A stretch of DNA of 64,000 nucleotides, from positions 3,243,780 through 3,307,779 of the forward strand of contig MU058009.1 in NCBI GenBank assembly GCA_013265495.1, in the 5' to 3' direction. Position 1 is the first letter of the stretch. Each line of letters begins with the position of its first letter. Made by a program: the position numbers and the translations under genes. Below are positions 10,452-23,600 of this stretch, in pieces. This stretch comes from Vicugna vicugna. Taxonomy: Eukaryota. Below the pieces are notes generated by a model that saw nothing but the letters and a program-made list of their open reading frames with translations, ran no database searches and had not been told where the DNA came from.

Positions 10452-13295
10452 GGGCTGCCAAAGGCTCCAGTCGGCATCCCTGTCGGGCGCTGACATGCAC
10501 GTGCCTGCAGGGTCCTGTGGCCCGGGTGGGAGAGCAGCCTCGTGTCCTCCTGGACCTGTGGCGGAGCCTTCCCTTGTCCTGGGCCTCACTCAGAACCAGC
10601 AGCTTTTCATGGCACTTGGAATGGGTCAGAGTAACCACCCAAATGAGGAACACATTGCCTCTGAAATCCAAAGCGGGACACTGGGTGTCATGTCTAGGAG
10701 ATGCAGGGATATCTGGACATGCGCCACAACACTGGACTTCTAGAAATTTCATGGAGGTGGATGGCATCTGAATTTTGTTGTATTTATTCCCCACCCTCTG
10801 ACGTGCAAGTGTCTTACCAAAAAGTATAGAATAGTTGCCGTTTCTGGCCCACTAGCTCATGAGTGTCAACGTGATGGAACAGTGTGCTCTGTGGAAGGGA
10901 GAGGCAGTCAAGTCTCCGCAGATGAACTTAGGACGTAAGGCTGGAGGGTGGACGTACTCCTAAATTAGAGCAGTGACGGTGTGTTGCCAGCTGGAAGTAG
11001 ACCACTTAACGGCTTCTGGCGGTCTTATTAATAAGTATCAAGGAAAAGCATTTGCCAGATGAGCAGCTGCATAGCCGGTATGAGGGATGTGTTAATATGT
11101 CCAAGCAAGGAGATCACATCTGGAACAGCAGATGTACATGGGGTCCCCACCTGATTAAGTTTACGATAACCCACTCCTGGTCTCCAAGATCCATCTGTTT
11201 TCTGCACAGGCCACACAGGGAAGTGAGTGGGGGTGTGCTGGGACTCACCACCCCTGCTTCCTTCAAGTCCCTGATGGTGGTGCCAATCTCTAATCTGTCC
11301 AGGAACGTGGTGGTTGCTTTTGGTTTGTCGTTTCCTAGGAAGAGGCAGTTTCAGGGGCTTCCACTTGATAAATGATAAATGCCCTCACTTTGCAGGCTGG
11401 GGGAGCAGTGTGGGCAATCTGCCGGTTGCTCAGTACCTCAGTTCCAGTGATGCATTCTGCAGCTGTGGAAATAACCGCACGATGGGCTCAGTGACCCCCT
11501 GTGCCCCCTGTGAGGGGGACTTGGACTAAAATCCATTGCTCATCTGACCTCCACACGCCCCTACCCTGACTGGTGGGCCACAGTAACATTGCGGGTCTCC
11601 TGGAGTGAATGACAGCTCAGATCCCGTGTTCCGTAATCCCTGAGGTCCGATGACTTTCCTTTTCCCTGGTGTACAGCCGCCCTGGTGACACTTGTTCACG
11701 TCTGAGACTTGATTGAAGGGGCATGACTTTCTGTTTTGTTGACTCAAGGGAGACTTCTGTACACTTGACCTAGAAGCTCTTCCACCTCATTTAGCAGATT
11801 GCCCATCTATTTCTCCTCTAGGGACAGTGATCAGGTAGCCGATGCCACAGGTCTCCGTGGGGCAGATTATTCTTATTACTGCTTGGAGCCTGCTGTCCCG
11901 TGGTAACCACCCCGCCTTGTCTTTGATGACTGAGTGCCCCCACCTGACCCCCTGTAACAGTGGGGTCCAGTTATGTCCACTGCATTTAAGTGTCCTCATT
12001 CAGAGGTAGCAGATCCCACAGTCATTTCGGGGCTGCTGAGAAGAGTGGTCACAGTCAAGGATACTAGGGGTCCCCTCACAATTTATTTCCCCTAGTTAGT
12101 GGCAGAAGGTGTCTCTGGGACCCTCCCACGTGGGTTGAGCAGGTCTTGTGTGACGCATTCACTGTGACATTCCAGTCTCCCTAAGTCTTTGGATTCTCCC
12201 CTCCCCAGTGCACCGAGGGAGTTCTGGCCTTTCATTTTCATGTAATGTTTTGTCCGTGTTTCAGCCAAACAGCCAAACAGTCAGCGCCCTTTCTAACCCC
12301 TGAAGCTGTAACGTTGAATCCGCAGTCTCTGCGTAGTGGGCTCATGTCAGTAATTTGACCTGATCCAATCTGACGTTCCTGCCACCGTTTCCCCCACACC
12401 CTTGATGTCTGTTCCCACACGTCTTCCCCACGTTGCTGTCTGTATAAACTGGAAAAATGATGCAGTTCTCTGGGAGTGTGGTGCGCCTCCCAACAGGTCA
12501 CACTTGGTGTCTCACCACCGAGGGCGGCTGGGGTGTGAGCTCTGCTGTAGGTCTGGGAGCAAAGACGGGGCATCCTGGGGGCAGGCCCTGGGGAGAACCC
12601 GCAGTGTCGTCCTCAGGGAGGACCATTACGGTTTCCCCAAGCAGAGCTGGGTTCACCTCTTCCGACGGTGGAGAAGGGCTGCCTTCACTGGCGAAGAGAC
12701 TCAGCAGACTTTGAGGGCTCAGGATCCCCAGCGCCATCAAGACCTGCCCATCTGTCCCCCCACTCCAGTTTTCAGGGTCCCGTTCCTCCCCAGGCAGCGC
12801 CCTCTGCTTGAGAGAACATGCCCTGTGAGGCGGAGAAGTGCGTTTGCTTCGGGGCTCAGCTGCTGGTAGGGTGAGCCTCTGAGTCTGGTTTCCAGAAATC
12901 TCAGCTCTGCAGTGACAGGAGACGCAGTTTTCTCTCAGGGGTGACACAGACACTTCCAGTTCATTTCTGCTGAGTTTGAGCTGGGAACTTGAGGCCCTGA
13001 ACCGGTCCTTTCCTTTCCCTACTTCCTCCAGTGGACGTAGGAGCAGCCGGCCAGTCTCTTTACCCTTGTTGTTGTAACTAAGCTAGGTGTCAAGGCGTGG
13101 TCACCCAGAACCTTGCCGTTTAGAGGTATCCAGTGATAAGATTTTTGTATATCTTCTTTGCTGCATCACACCACAGACCATCAGTGCTTCTTTACCACTG
13201 GAAATAGTCATTGATGCCTTTAAATATGGTCCATGTAGACGACCAATTCTGGAGATCCCAAACCAGTTCAAACTATTCTTATGACTCTGTTTCTC
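10452..13295 (-). pseudogene. Decayed ERV-L internal sequence (gag, protease, reverse transcriptase), 3'-truncated
   Basis: Frame fragments: WPVQKTDGSWR..YRKLNQV..SAVPDVISLL (RT); KIQMPSTSMKFLEVQCCGACPDIP (RT); GLRNTGSELSFTPGDP..CGPPVRVGA.GGQ (protease, catalytic DTG changed to NTG). Many stops and frameshifts. Confidence 0.92.
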
Positions 13296-13315
13296 TCTCT
13301 CTCTCCCTCTCTCAT

Positions 13316-13349
<34 letters not shown>

Positions 13350-13806
13350 ATCTCACATATACAGAGAATCTAAATAACAAATATATTTATTATATTATTA
13401 TACATAATACATATTTATAAATGTACTAATAAATGTATATTTATATGTATAGCTTATCTGTCTATCTGTTATCTACCTTTCTAGAGATTTATTTCAAGGA
13501 GTTGCCTCATGCAGTTGTAGGGGCTGGAATGTCTGAAATCTGTAGGGCACATCTCAGGCAGAAATTGATGCTGCAGACTTGAGGCAGAATTTCTCATCTG
13601 GAAAATCTCAGTTTTTCATCTGAAGGCCTCTCAACTGTTTGCATGAGGCCCACCGATGTTATCAAGGACAGTCTCCTTAAAGTCAATTTGATTATAGGTG
13701 TTAATAATACCTACAAACTACTTTCACAGTGACACTCAATTAGCGTTTGGTTAGGTAACTGAGTGGTGTGCCTAACCAAGTTGATGCACTGAAGCTAACA
13801 TTCACA
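13296..13806 (-). mobile_element. MLT2-type 5' LTR of the ERV-L, containing a (CT)n/(TA)n tract
   Basis: gagatttatttcaaggagttgcctcatgcagttgtaggggctgg; tgaggcccacc; terminus aagctaacattcaca. It abuts the gag leader in the same orientation. Confidence 0.82.
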
Positions 13807-14085
13807 TCATCAAATAATTTTTCTGTGTCTATTGAGGTAGTCACGTGGTCTATTAATATGGTAAGTTTCATTGACAAATGTTCTAATGCTAACCCAAACT
13901 TGGGTTCTTGGGATAAGCCCCTTTTGGTCATAATATGATATTCTTTTTAAAAAATATTATTAGATGATTGGCTAAAATTTGTTAAGAATTTCTGCATCTA
14001 TATTTATGAAGGATATATATATATATAGTTCTCTTTTCTTGTAATGTCTTAGGTTTGGGTATCCAAGGAATGGTGACCTTAAAGA
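13807..14085 (-). mobile_element. Old L1 ORF2 fragment
   Basis: ttttctgtgtctattgag; ttgttaagaatttctgcatctatatttatgaaggatat (antisense of PISLMNIDAKIL-like sequence). Confidence 0.75.
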
Positions 14086-14814
14086 CTTTCTCAAGAACCT
14101 CCCATTGGAAGATGTGCCCTTTTGGAACTGGACAGTTGTCACAGCCCAGCTCCTGCCAGTACAGTTTTGGGGCCCAAGTGTGGCTTTGAGGATTGAACAG
14201 TCTTACACGTGAAGGCAGCCGTTTTGGGTTTTGCATTAATAGAATGCCTCACAGACTGAATAGCTTCCAGTCTAATCAGTTCCGTGCAGAAGTAAGCACA
14301 TCCCATGGTCACTTCAACTCGCCCTGTTACATCTGTCCAGTCCCCTTGAGTTACTAGCCTTTGTGCTCAGCTCGCACCTCTGCCGGTCGGTCTCCCGGCA
14401 GTGGTGTTGGGGACGCTTGCCAAGTGTGGTGCGGGAAGGCATCGTCCTTTCTCTGATTTTTGCCAGTAGGTTATCTCCCTTTCTCCAGCCGGTGAGGAGA
14501 GGTAATGGGAGTTTCTTGAGAAAGGCTCTGCGTACCAGCCTGGTGCGTGGGGACACAGAAGCAGCTGACTTTTCTAACACCTCCAAACCCCAAACCCTCG
14601 TCTCGGCCCGTCGGGTGGCACCCAGTCTTTCAGGTGACGACGTGGAGGTTTCACGTGTTATTTCCGCCCACAGCCAGTTGCCCTGAACTCGGTCATTTGG
14701 TCACACTTAGCTGCAAGGTGGCAATGACCCCTGACAGAATTCACAGTGTCCTATTTCTAAAAAGAGAATATACATACATGCATACACATATAGTGCAGTT
14801 CATCCCTGCCACAC

Positions 14815-16300
14815 ATGCAGATTGGAAGTAAGAAGCCAAACTTACCTCTTCAGATGCAGTGACTTGTCTATATAGAAACCTCAAATAATTTACTGACAAA
14901 TCATTAGAAATAGTGAGAGGGTTTATCTAAAGAACAGTATCTAGAAATTGTTTACATTTCTACATACTGTCAATAAAACATTAGAAATCAATATTAAAAA
15001 ATAAAATTTACAATAACAAAAGTGTTTTTAAAAGATTCTCGGGTAGCAGTCTAACCAAACATGTGTAAGAACCTTGTGGAGACCATTATGAAACTTGATT
15101 GAAAGACATTAATGTTCAGTGTCCATGGAAGACTATTCTCAAGACCATAAAGTATCAATTCTCCCCACACTGACTTATTATGCAATCTCAATAAAAATCC
15201 CAACGTTTTGAGTGAAACATGACAGATTGACTTTATAACTTACATGGAAATTAAAGGTCGAGTGTAGCCAGAGTACTGAAGGGGAGTGAGAACAAAGTAG
15301 AAGGACTTGCCCTACCACGTATCAAGTTTGTTGTAAAATTGTGCTGATTAAGACACCGTGGTACTGGTCTGAGGATACGCACGTTGTCCAGTGGAACCAG
15401 ACAGAGAGTCCTGAAACAGACTGATGAATATATGTGACTCAGGAAACTTTTAGATCAACCAGAGGAAGGAAGGGACTATTCAATAATGGTTCTGGGACAA
15501 TTGATTTTTCCACACCAAAAAAATAGCCTAAGATCTCGACTACAAAAAGAGCACAGAAAATCAATTCCAGATGGATTAAGGACTTAATATGAAAGCAAAA
15601 CTTTAAAACTGTTAGAAGATGTGGGGAAATATATTTCAGACCTCAGGGTAGAGAAATAGCTCATAAAAAGACAAAAATCACTAATCAAGGTAGAAGGATT
15701 CATGAACTTTATTACAGCAGAGCTGAGAATTTCTCTGTTCATCAAAGTCTTGATGAAGAAAGTGGAAAGAGAAGTCATATACTAGTGGGTGTTATTTGCA
15801 GCACATGTAATTGAAAATGCATTTATATTTATAAACATAAAAAAACTACAAACCACCAAGAAAAAACCCAAATAGCACAATAATCAAATTGGCAAATAGG
15901 CATTCCACAGAAGAGAAAATGTGAGCGGTTTAAACTTACTTAAAAACTCATTAATAAATCAGAGAAATATAATCAGTACTACAACAAGTACATCCGTTAG
16001 ATAGGCAAAAATCAAGAAATCTGACAATACTCAGCGTTAGAGAAGATGTGAATTAATTGGAGCTCCTACATGCTCTGCTAGGTATGTGCACCTTAAAGAA
16101 TTTTGGAAAACAATTTGGCCCAGTGAAACGGAACATTTATGCAGTTTATTTCCCATAAGTTCCCCTCCTCTGTGTATATCCTATAAAAACTCTTTGCATA
16201 GACACTAGGAGACATGTAAGATTGTTCACTGCAGTGTTTTTCATAATAAAAAAACCCTGGAAACATCCTAAGTACTCATTCCCAGAACTACACCTACATG
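14815..16300 (+). mobile_element. Old L1 (L1ME-like) ORF2 3' half
   Basis: Decayed but collinear ORF2 landmarks: attaagacaccgtggtactgg; ctattcaataatggttctgggacaa; aaaatcaattccagatggattaaggactt. Confidence 0.8.
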
Positions 16301-16339
16301 TAACAGCTTGGATTAATCCCGGTGACAAAAACATCTTTA

Positions 16340-16500
16340 GAACAGCGCTTCTCAAACTCTGTTATGCAGGCATCTTGTTAAAATGAAGCTTCTCATTTAG
16401 TGGCTCTGGGCTAGTGCCCCAGATTCTGCGTTTTTAACAAGCTTTTGGGTGGTGCCATTGCTACTGGTCCACCGGTCACATTTTGGTTAGCGAGCTTCTA
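16340..16500. mobile_element. MER5-like MITE
   Basis: cagcgcttctcaaact...cttgttaaaatg...ttctgcgtttttaacaagct. Confidence 0.65.
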
Positions 16501-16799
16501 AGACTACATGTGGTAAATACCTTCGTTATGGAGCACACATCCGAACTACACCAAGCAGTGTGTTCTTTAGGTAAATAGTGCCTGTGTATGAGATAAACTA
16601 ACAGAAAAGGCAATCATGAAATTCAGCGTAGGGGTTACTGTCGGGAGACCAGGACCAGGAGGAGTGACTCAGATAGATGCAAGGCATCGGTCATGTTATA
16701 GTTAGTTCTTCAGCTGTGTGGTGGCTTGGCTAGCTCTGTAATCTTGCCTCCACCTTTGCACGTGGGTTCGTCATCAGAAGAAAGGCAGAATTAGGTTAG

Positions 16800-16975
16800 T
16801 GGGCATTTTCAGTCCTCACTATGCACCAGAATCACTTAGGGAGATTTTAAAAACACCAGCCCCTACTTCTAGCTGCCAGATGTTCTGATTTAATTGGTCT
16901 GGGTTGAGACTTGGGTGTGGTGTTTACTCAAAGGTTGCCATGCAGTGCTCACGTGTGACCAGGTCTAGAACCACC
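16800..16975. mobile_element. MER5-like MITE
   Basis: gcaccagaatcacttagggagattttaaaa...ttctgatttaattggtctggg...agaaccac. Confidence 0.65.
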
Positions 16976-17609
16976 GTAACAGAACAGACCACCTCCAGTG
17001 TCCCTCTTCATGCGGATCACCTGTGTTTGAACACGCGAAATTTTTTTGTATTAACGGGACTTCTTGGAAAGGCTTTCTGGTTCAGCTTAAAAATCGTATT
17101 TTTCAGTAGTTAAAATGGGGGCTTTTCACCTGTCATCAGACCCAGTGCTGTTCCCCTGTTGTCCTGCACAATGCCCAGCACAGCTGTTGCTAAATGCACC
17201 CATGATGGCACCAGTGAATGATGGTTTGCTCAGCTCTTGTTCACTGAGTATTACACAGAAGTTTCCTCCGAACCAATTTTCCCCTCTCCTCTGGGCTCCC
17301 ACAGCAGTTTACATTTATTGCATTCAGACCCTGCTACTTCTCAGTACAATTGTCTGTTGGCAGGTCTGTGTCTCCCACTATCCTGTGAACTCCTGAAGGC
17401 CAGGCTCGGGGTTGTGTTATTTTTGGACCCTCAGAGCTCAGTCGAGTGCCTCAATAACTGTTTGGTGGAGGAGCAGGGAAATGATTTTTGAAAAATCTTT
17501 TACAATGTGTTGTGACCTTTGCTGCTTCAGCCAGTCATAATTTAATTAGCCAGGAGTCAGACTTCAGAAGCGTCAGTCTGGAGAGAGGGTCTGGCCGTTC
17601 ACACTGCAG

Positions 17610-18730
17610 AAAACAGACCTAATATTTTAGAGCAGTTTGAGGCTCACAGAACAGCTGAGCAGAAGGCGCAGCGTTCCCATATGTTCTCTGCCCCGACACT
17701 TGCACTGCCCTCCCCACTGCCGACATCCCGACATCCCGCGCCTCGGTGGTACATTTGTTATAGTCGATGGACCTACACTGACACGTTACTATCACCCAGA
17801 AGCCCATGGCTTACATTCGGGTTCACTCTTGGTGGTGTTCTTTCTACGAGTTTTGACAAATGCATGACAAGTATCCACACCTGTAGTATCACATAGAATA
17901 GTTTCTCTGCCCTGAACGTCCTCTGTGCTGCAGCCATTCAGCCCCGCTGGCCACCGCTGATCTTTTTATCGTCTTCATACTTCCGTCTTTTCCAGAATGT
18001 CGCATAGTTGGAAACATACAATATATAGACTTTCCAGATTAGCTCCTTTCACTGGGCAATATACAGTTAAGTTTCCTCGGTGTCTTTTCATGACTCTACA
18101 GCTTCTTTCTTTGTAATGCTGAGTAATGTTCTACTGTCTGGATGCACCGAGTTTATTCCTCCATCACCTGTTGAAGGACATCTTGGTTGCTTCCAAGTTT
18201 TGCCAATTAGGAGTAAAGCTGCAATAAACATCCGTGTGCAGGTTTGTGGGTGAACAGAAGTTTTCAGCTCCTTGGGGGTAAATACCAGGGAGTGTGATTG
18301 CTGGGTGGTATGCTAAGAGTATGTTTATTTTTGTAAGAAAGTGCCAAACTGTCTTCCAGGGTGTGTGTACCATTTTGCATTCCCAGAAGGCGTGAATGAG
18401 AGTTTCTGTTGCTCCACATCTTTGTCAGCATTTGGTGGTGTCAGTGTTCTGGAGTTTGGCCGCGCTACCAGGCACGGAATGGTATGTCTATACTGTAGTT
18501 TGCAGTTCCCCAGTGACGGAGGATGGTAAGCATCTTTTCATGTCCTTGCTTTCCTTTCGTGTATCTTCTTTGCTGGGGTGTCTGTTCAGGTCGTTCGCTC
18601 GTCTTGTAGTTGGTTGTCCATTTCCTTATTGTTGAATCCTAGGAGTTCTTTATGTTTTGAAGTCCTTTGTCAGATGTATCTTTCGAAATAGTTTCTCCTA
18701 GTCTGTGGCTTATCTTCTCAAGCTCTAGAT
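17610..18730 (-). mobile_element. L1MC-like 3' end
   Basis: ttttagagcagtttgaggctcacag; ggtggtacatttgttat; ggttcactcttggtg; gaaggacatcttggttgcttccaagtttt. Confidence 0.85.
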
Positions 18731-19189
18731 GTAGATTATTTTTGTATCTTTGATACCAACCTGAAATCTCATTATTTCCTTTTCATGCTCAAAGTGGAGA
18801 AAAGAAAAAATGTCTGGTTCATTAAGGGTTTCAGTTAACGTCCTGGTTGATTGAGGCTTTGTTACCTTTGGCTTTGGCAGGCAGGGGCACACCCATCGCT
18901 TCCCGTCCCTTTAGTGGGGGTGAGACAGAAAGGCTGTCAGGGCCTTGTACTCCCCCCGTCTTTGCGCCTGACCCCTCTCTGTCTCCTGTCACCTGGCTCC
19001 TGTCAATGGCCAGAAACCGGGGTGAGTCGGAGCGACAGTGAGGCCCCTTTCTTCTCTCTCCCACATGCTCTGGACTTTCACGGCATCTAATAACCACTGG
19101 AAAGGGATTAACTGTACAGAAGTAGGAGGTGGGCTCGACGCAGCAGATAGACAAATTGCACGCTAATCACTCGGTGGAAAAAAGACTTC

Positions 19190-19760
19190 TTCGGAGCCTA
19201 AAGTTGGAGAGAGAGAGACCCGTGGTTGTGCGCAGTAGTTACACTTGGAGCTCCCTGGGAGGTGAGAGTGGCCGCGCAGAGGTGACTCCGGTGAAGGGCC
19301 GGCGTCTCTGCGGGCAGACGGGCGAGCGGCTGCGGCCCGCGGCTGTGCGTCGGGCCTGCTCGCCGGCGCTGGCGGAGCCCGGGCAGGGGCCCCGGGGAGC
19401 TTCCTCAGCGCGCAGCCCGGGCTTGCGGCGGAGGCCTCGAGACCCGGCGCGCGTCTTCCGGCTTCTCGGGGAAGCAGCGGCAACGACGGGGTCTCTGCGA
19501 GCAAAGTGGGAGGGCCGGGGGGGGGGGCAGGTCCAGGGCGTCGGGAGAAGGATGGGCGTGGCTCCGGTGCGGTTCCCGGCCATTCCTGCTGCCTGCCCCG
19601 CCGGCCCCGCGGACAGACCTGGCCTAAGTCTTTTCTCTTAGGTCCGAAGCCCTGCGTACCTAGTTCCTGTTCAGCGTTCCAACTAACTGCTTCCGCACGT
19701 GAACTCCGTCCTGCAGAGACTCCCTCCTCACCGGCTTCCTCACGTGCAGGTGCCTCCCTT
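19190..19760. promoter_or_regulatory. Orphan CpG island, candidate promoter
   Basis: Abruptly GC- and CpG-dense with no repeat recognised. GGGCGTGGC (SP/KLF), GCCCCGCC, CTTCCGG (ETS), long G runs and two CACGTG E-boxes. Confidence 0.7.
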
Positions 19761-19895
19761 TCTGGTCCCTTTCTTCTGCGTTCGCCTTTAACTCTCCCCC
19801 GGTCTCTCCATGCTTCGCCTGATGGTACCCAAGGGGAATGAAAGAACGCAAGCGTACTAGAAGAAGAAGAACTGGTCTTCTGTTCATCGGTAGTG

Positions 19896-20246
19896 CAGCT
19901 CACCCCTGAACAACGTGGGTTTGAATTTCGTGGGTCCATTTATACACAGATTTTTTTCCAGCAGTAAATACTGCACTATTACAGTAAATATTGCTATATA
20001 TAATACTATATATATATATAAATGTGTGTGTGTGTGTGTATATATATATATAACCATCTCTAGTGTTTACCATATAGTAAATACCACACCGTCTGGTAGA
20101 GTACCCGATGATTGGTTGGATCCGCGGATGCAGAGGAACCCTGGGCACGGACGGGTGTATATGGAAGGGTGACAGCACTATACACAGACTTTCCACTGTG
20201 CGCAGGGCTGGTGCCCCTCACTCCCACATCGTTCAAGGGTTAACTG
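19896..20246. mobile_element. Tigger2-derived MITE (TcMar) with an internal (TA)n/(TG)n tract
   Basis: TIRs cagctcacccctgaacaa ... tcgttcaagggttaactg. TA on the right flank, TG on the left. Confidence 0.85.
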
Positions 20247-20459
20247 TATTTGGAAAACAGCTTTCAACGTGTACAGGTGTGGTGAAGCTGGAAGAGTAAT
20301 TGGGAGTTTATCGTCTTCTACCTTTAGGCAGAGCCTCACTGAAACCATTGCCAGTAACCCCCAGTTCTCAGAAAACGGCCTCGGGAAATTTCAGCAACGT
20401 GCAGCCCTAAGAGCGGACACTTGGCGCGCTGGGCAGGAGCACAGGCTCGAGGGGAGGTG

Positions 20460-20620
20460 CCTGAGCTCCGGCGCCACTGCCATGACCTGAGAACTGCGGG
20501 CCTTGGGCCAGGTCACCAAACCTCAGTTTTCGCAGATGGGAGTAGTGATAGCATTTACCTCCCAGGACTGTAGAGGGGCTGAGTGAGTTTATCTATGTAA
20601 AATGCTTTACAGGCTGGTAA
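20460..20620 (+). mobile_element. MIR SINE
   Basis: ccttgggccaggtcac...cctcagtttt...atgggagtagtgatagcatttacctc...tatgtaaaatgctt. Confidence 0.7.
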
Positions 20621-23600
20621 AAAGTATGTGCTGTGGAGTATACAAATATTTGCTGTGATTTTTAAGGAGCCAAAACTTTGGTTTTTCAGTAGACAACATT
20701 TTTCAGGCTCTTGGCAGTCTTTACATTTTAAACTCTCACTGTTAGGGTGGTGGGTGGGAGGGGAGGACGGGAGGGAGGCCTTCATGAAGTGAGAATCCTT
20801 CCAAATCTCAGAAACAGGTGCTCAGGACAGATGCCTCGTACGTTCTATCAGCAGGTTGCCCGGGAGCCCCCCCGGCCCCGCCGGCCACACCAGCCACTTC
20901 CCTGCTGCCGCTCAGGTTTGTCCTCCGTAGCTGTCGGCAGCAGGGACTTGTCAGGGGTGAAATGAAACATTTTATCATTATTTCTGATTTTTCTCGATGT
21001 CTCAGTCATCGAAGGTTTCACATTCAGGGCCGTCTGGGTGTCGTCAACGCATCAGGTTTAAAGAGGAAAGATGATGAATCGTGAATGTTTATGAGGAAAC
21101 GGCAGCCATCGCCATGATGGTGATGACGAGGGAAGTGACGGGAGAGGCCCAGTGGGGTGCTTCCCTCCAGCCTGGGACAGCGGGTGGAAGTGCTCCAGGG
21201 GTCTTGGCCGTTACCACTGCACCAAGACGGATGGAGCGTGCTACCCAGCAGCCCTTCCAGATTCATTAATTTTTTAGAAATATGCCTTGTGGAGCCAGGT
21301 TTGCAAGTTTTACATTGAGTGAACAGCTATTTCTTATGTTAAGTTATTTCAGCTGTAGAGTAGAAAATTGTTGAAATAAATGGCTGGAGAATTTGAATTG
21401 CATTCATTCTTGACATTGGAACTGACAAATAGCTTCATTCCCCCACTGAAATGGAAAGTTTATTACTCTGGGATGCAGGCGGGTTCTGGGGAGAGGGGGC
21501 GTGCGTGTTCTATTTTAGTGTAACTCTTCTAAGATGCTGTGATAGAGTAAAATAAAATGCTTTTCTGAAATCCTGTTGGGAGCCATCCCTTGCCCCATTC
21601 TCCACATTTGACTGGAAATAAAACCAATTAAAAGAGATTAATTTATAGCCAGTAGAAAACCCAATCTGACAGCTGGTTATTGCTGCCTGAACGTGGAGTT
21701 CTCAGGCGGAATAGAACTCGTGGGTGGCGGAGACAGCATGAGAACTCGGCATCCTGATGGGTTGAGCTGGAGCACCTGCCCGTCTGAACCTGCCTGCCAG
21801 GGGCCGGGCATCTCCAAAGAGAAATGTTCAGTGCCCGAGACAACGCGTGGGATCTGGAGGGCAGTTTTGCCAGAGTCCTGGAAACTGTTTGTATGAAAAT
21901 GATAGATTTCTCCTTGACGTTTCCTCCGCGTTGGACGCTTCTCACCTCGCTGCCAGCAGGAACCACTGCAGGCGGAGAGGCCGTGAGTGAGTGCTCAGTG
22001 GAGCCGTGGACAGGGGGAAGCACCCGGCCCTGCAGGCTTCCCGGGGGTGCTAGGAGGGGCTCTCCCAGGCACTCCTGCTGCAGCTCAGCCTCACCCCCGG
22101 GTGGTGTCATCAGAGCACGTGGAGCACAGCTGCTCGCCCTCTCCACGCCGTCCCTTCCAGTCGTAAAGTCCTTGACCATGGCACCTCCCCAGCTGTTGCC
22201 CTCAAACTTGCCGGAGGCCTGCGCGTCTCACAGACCTTGTGGGCTATAACTTACCTGGTTCCACGCTGGAGGACAGCCACCCAGCTCACTCTGTTGACTG
22301 AATGCTGATCATTAATTTATAAGAGCCCTGACTGCACGGAAAGCACAGATTTCTTTTCCATGTCGCCTCGGCAGCAGGGGCCCTTCTTCCTCCCGCTCCC
22401 TGGCAGGAGGCCCCAGTGCGGAGTGTGGCCATCAGAGCAGCCTACGTGTGACCCTCGTAGGTGTTTCTGGCCACTTTCAGGTTTGAGATGTGGGAAGAGG
22501 ACCAGACACTGGGAGCCAGAATCTGAACTGGGGCTGGAATTTGGCTCTGACTGTTCAGGCACGACATAGCCCAGGACTTCTGGGACCCCTCTTCCACAGG
22601 GCTTGAGTCTTAGGGACCCAAAGGCACCTTGTCAGAGGAGCGTGGGTGTGTCTGGCTCACTGCAGGAAAGCTCTTTCTTAGACGAGCCTGCCTCAGTTTC
22701 TCAGTAGAACCAGTGCTCGTTTCTTACAGAAGCTCTAGCATCTTAATGGTACGTGTAATCTCTGGTAACATTGCAGATGGAACTAAAGCAACAGCCGTGC
22801 CTGTGCCCGGACTGAATCCTCTCCTGCCCTGCCCGTCCCGATGCTCCTCAGTGTGACTCTTTCATCTTCGTCCCCCTGACTTGAAAGTTTGTGCTTTCCC
22901 CAAACCACCTCTTATTACAAGAGAATCAGGAACTGAATCCTGGAGTTAAAGAAAGGACTCTTTAAGCTGGTGACCAAATAAGATATTTTGCAACCATTCA
23001 TCTGTGCTGGGTAGTCCTGAGGTGGGGGCCAGAGCACCACCGCATAACTGTAGGGGCCAGAGAACCTGCCATCCTGGGTACCATCCTAGGCACGTGCATC
23101 AGAAAGGCTCTCAAAGGACACGAATTGAGTGTCCAAGGAGAGGAAGCAGTTATGCCTTTTCCCAAGAGTGGACTGAATGTTATTTTTCTAAAAGAACTTC
23201 AGTGTTCTGTGGGCTAGAAAATAAAATGTTGATAGTACGGTGATGATTTCATGAGTGGAATTTCCCAAGTTATCCAGCTGCTGTTGCTAATGGTGTCATT
23301 TTTGAGCCCTTACTACGGGCCAGTCATTATACCAAGCATTTTAATATTTCATTTTATTAGAGCTTCATCTGGCTTAAGTTTTCTATACCCTTGTATCCAG
23401 ATCAACCCCTCTCTTACACATTTGTTGTATTTACTCTGGGCTCAGTGATGACGTGACAGCTGGGGCTGTTGGCTATCATTTTCAGGCTGAAAGTCTATAA
23501 AGATCTAGGCCCCAGGATGCTCAGAAGAGAGAAAAGAGATTTAAGCTCTGTCAGTTTGCCAATAATATGGGAGATATAATCCAGCTTTTCTGCTAAAGTG

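Noticed and set aside
10452..13295. Domesticated gag or pol gene (Fv1-like)
   Set aside because: No long intact frame; frequent stops and frameshifts and a mutated protease active site.
8350..13806. Complete two-LTR ERV-L provirus bounded by the 8350 and 13296 LTRs
   Set aside because: The two LTRs differ clearly in sequence, the left one sits inside an MLT1 element, and unrelated L1 and SINE DNA lies between them.
19163..19939. 258-aa minus-strand ORF across the orphan CpG island
   Set aside because: It starts inside a Tigger MITE, and its length is explained by stop-codon scarcity in GC-rich DNA. No protein similarity recognised.
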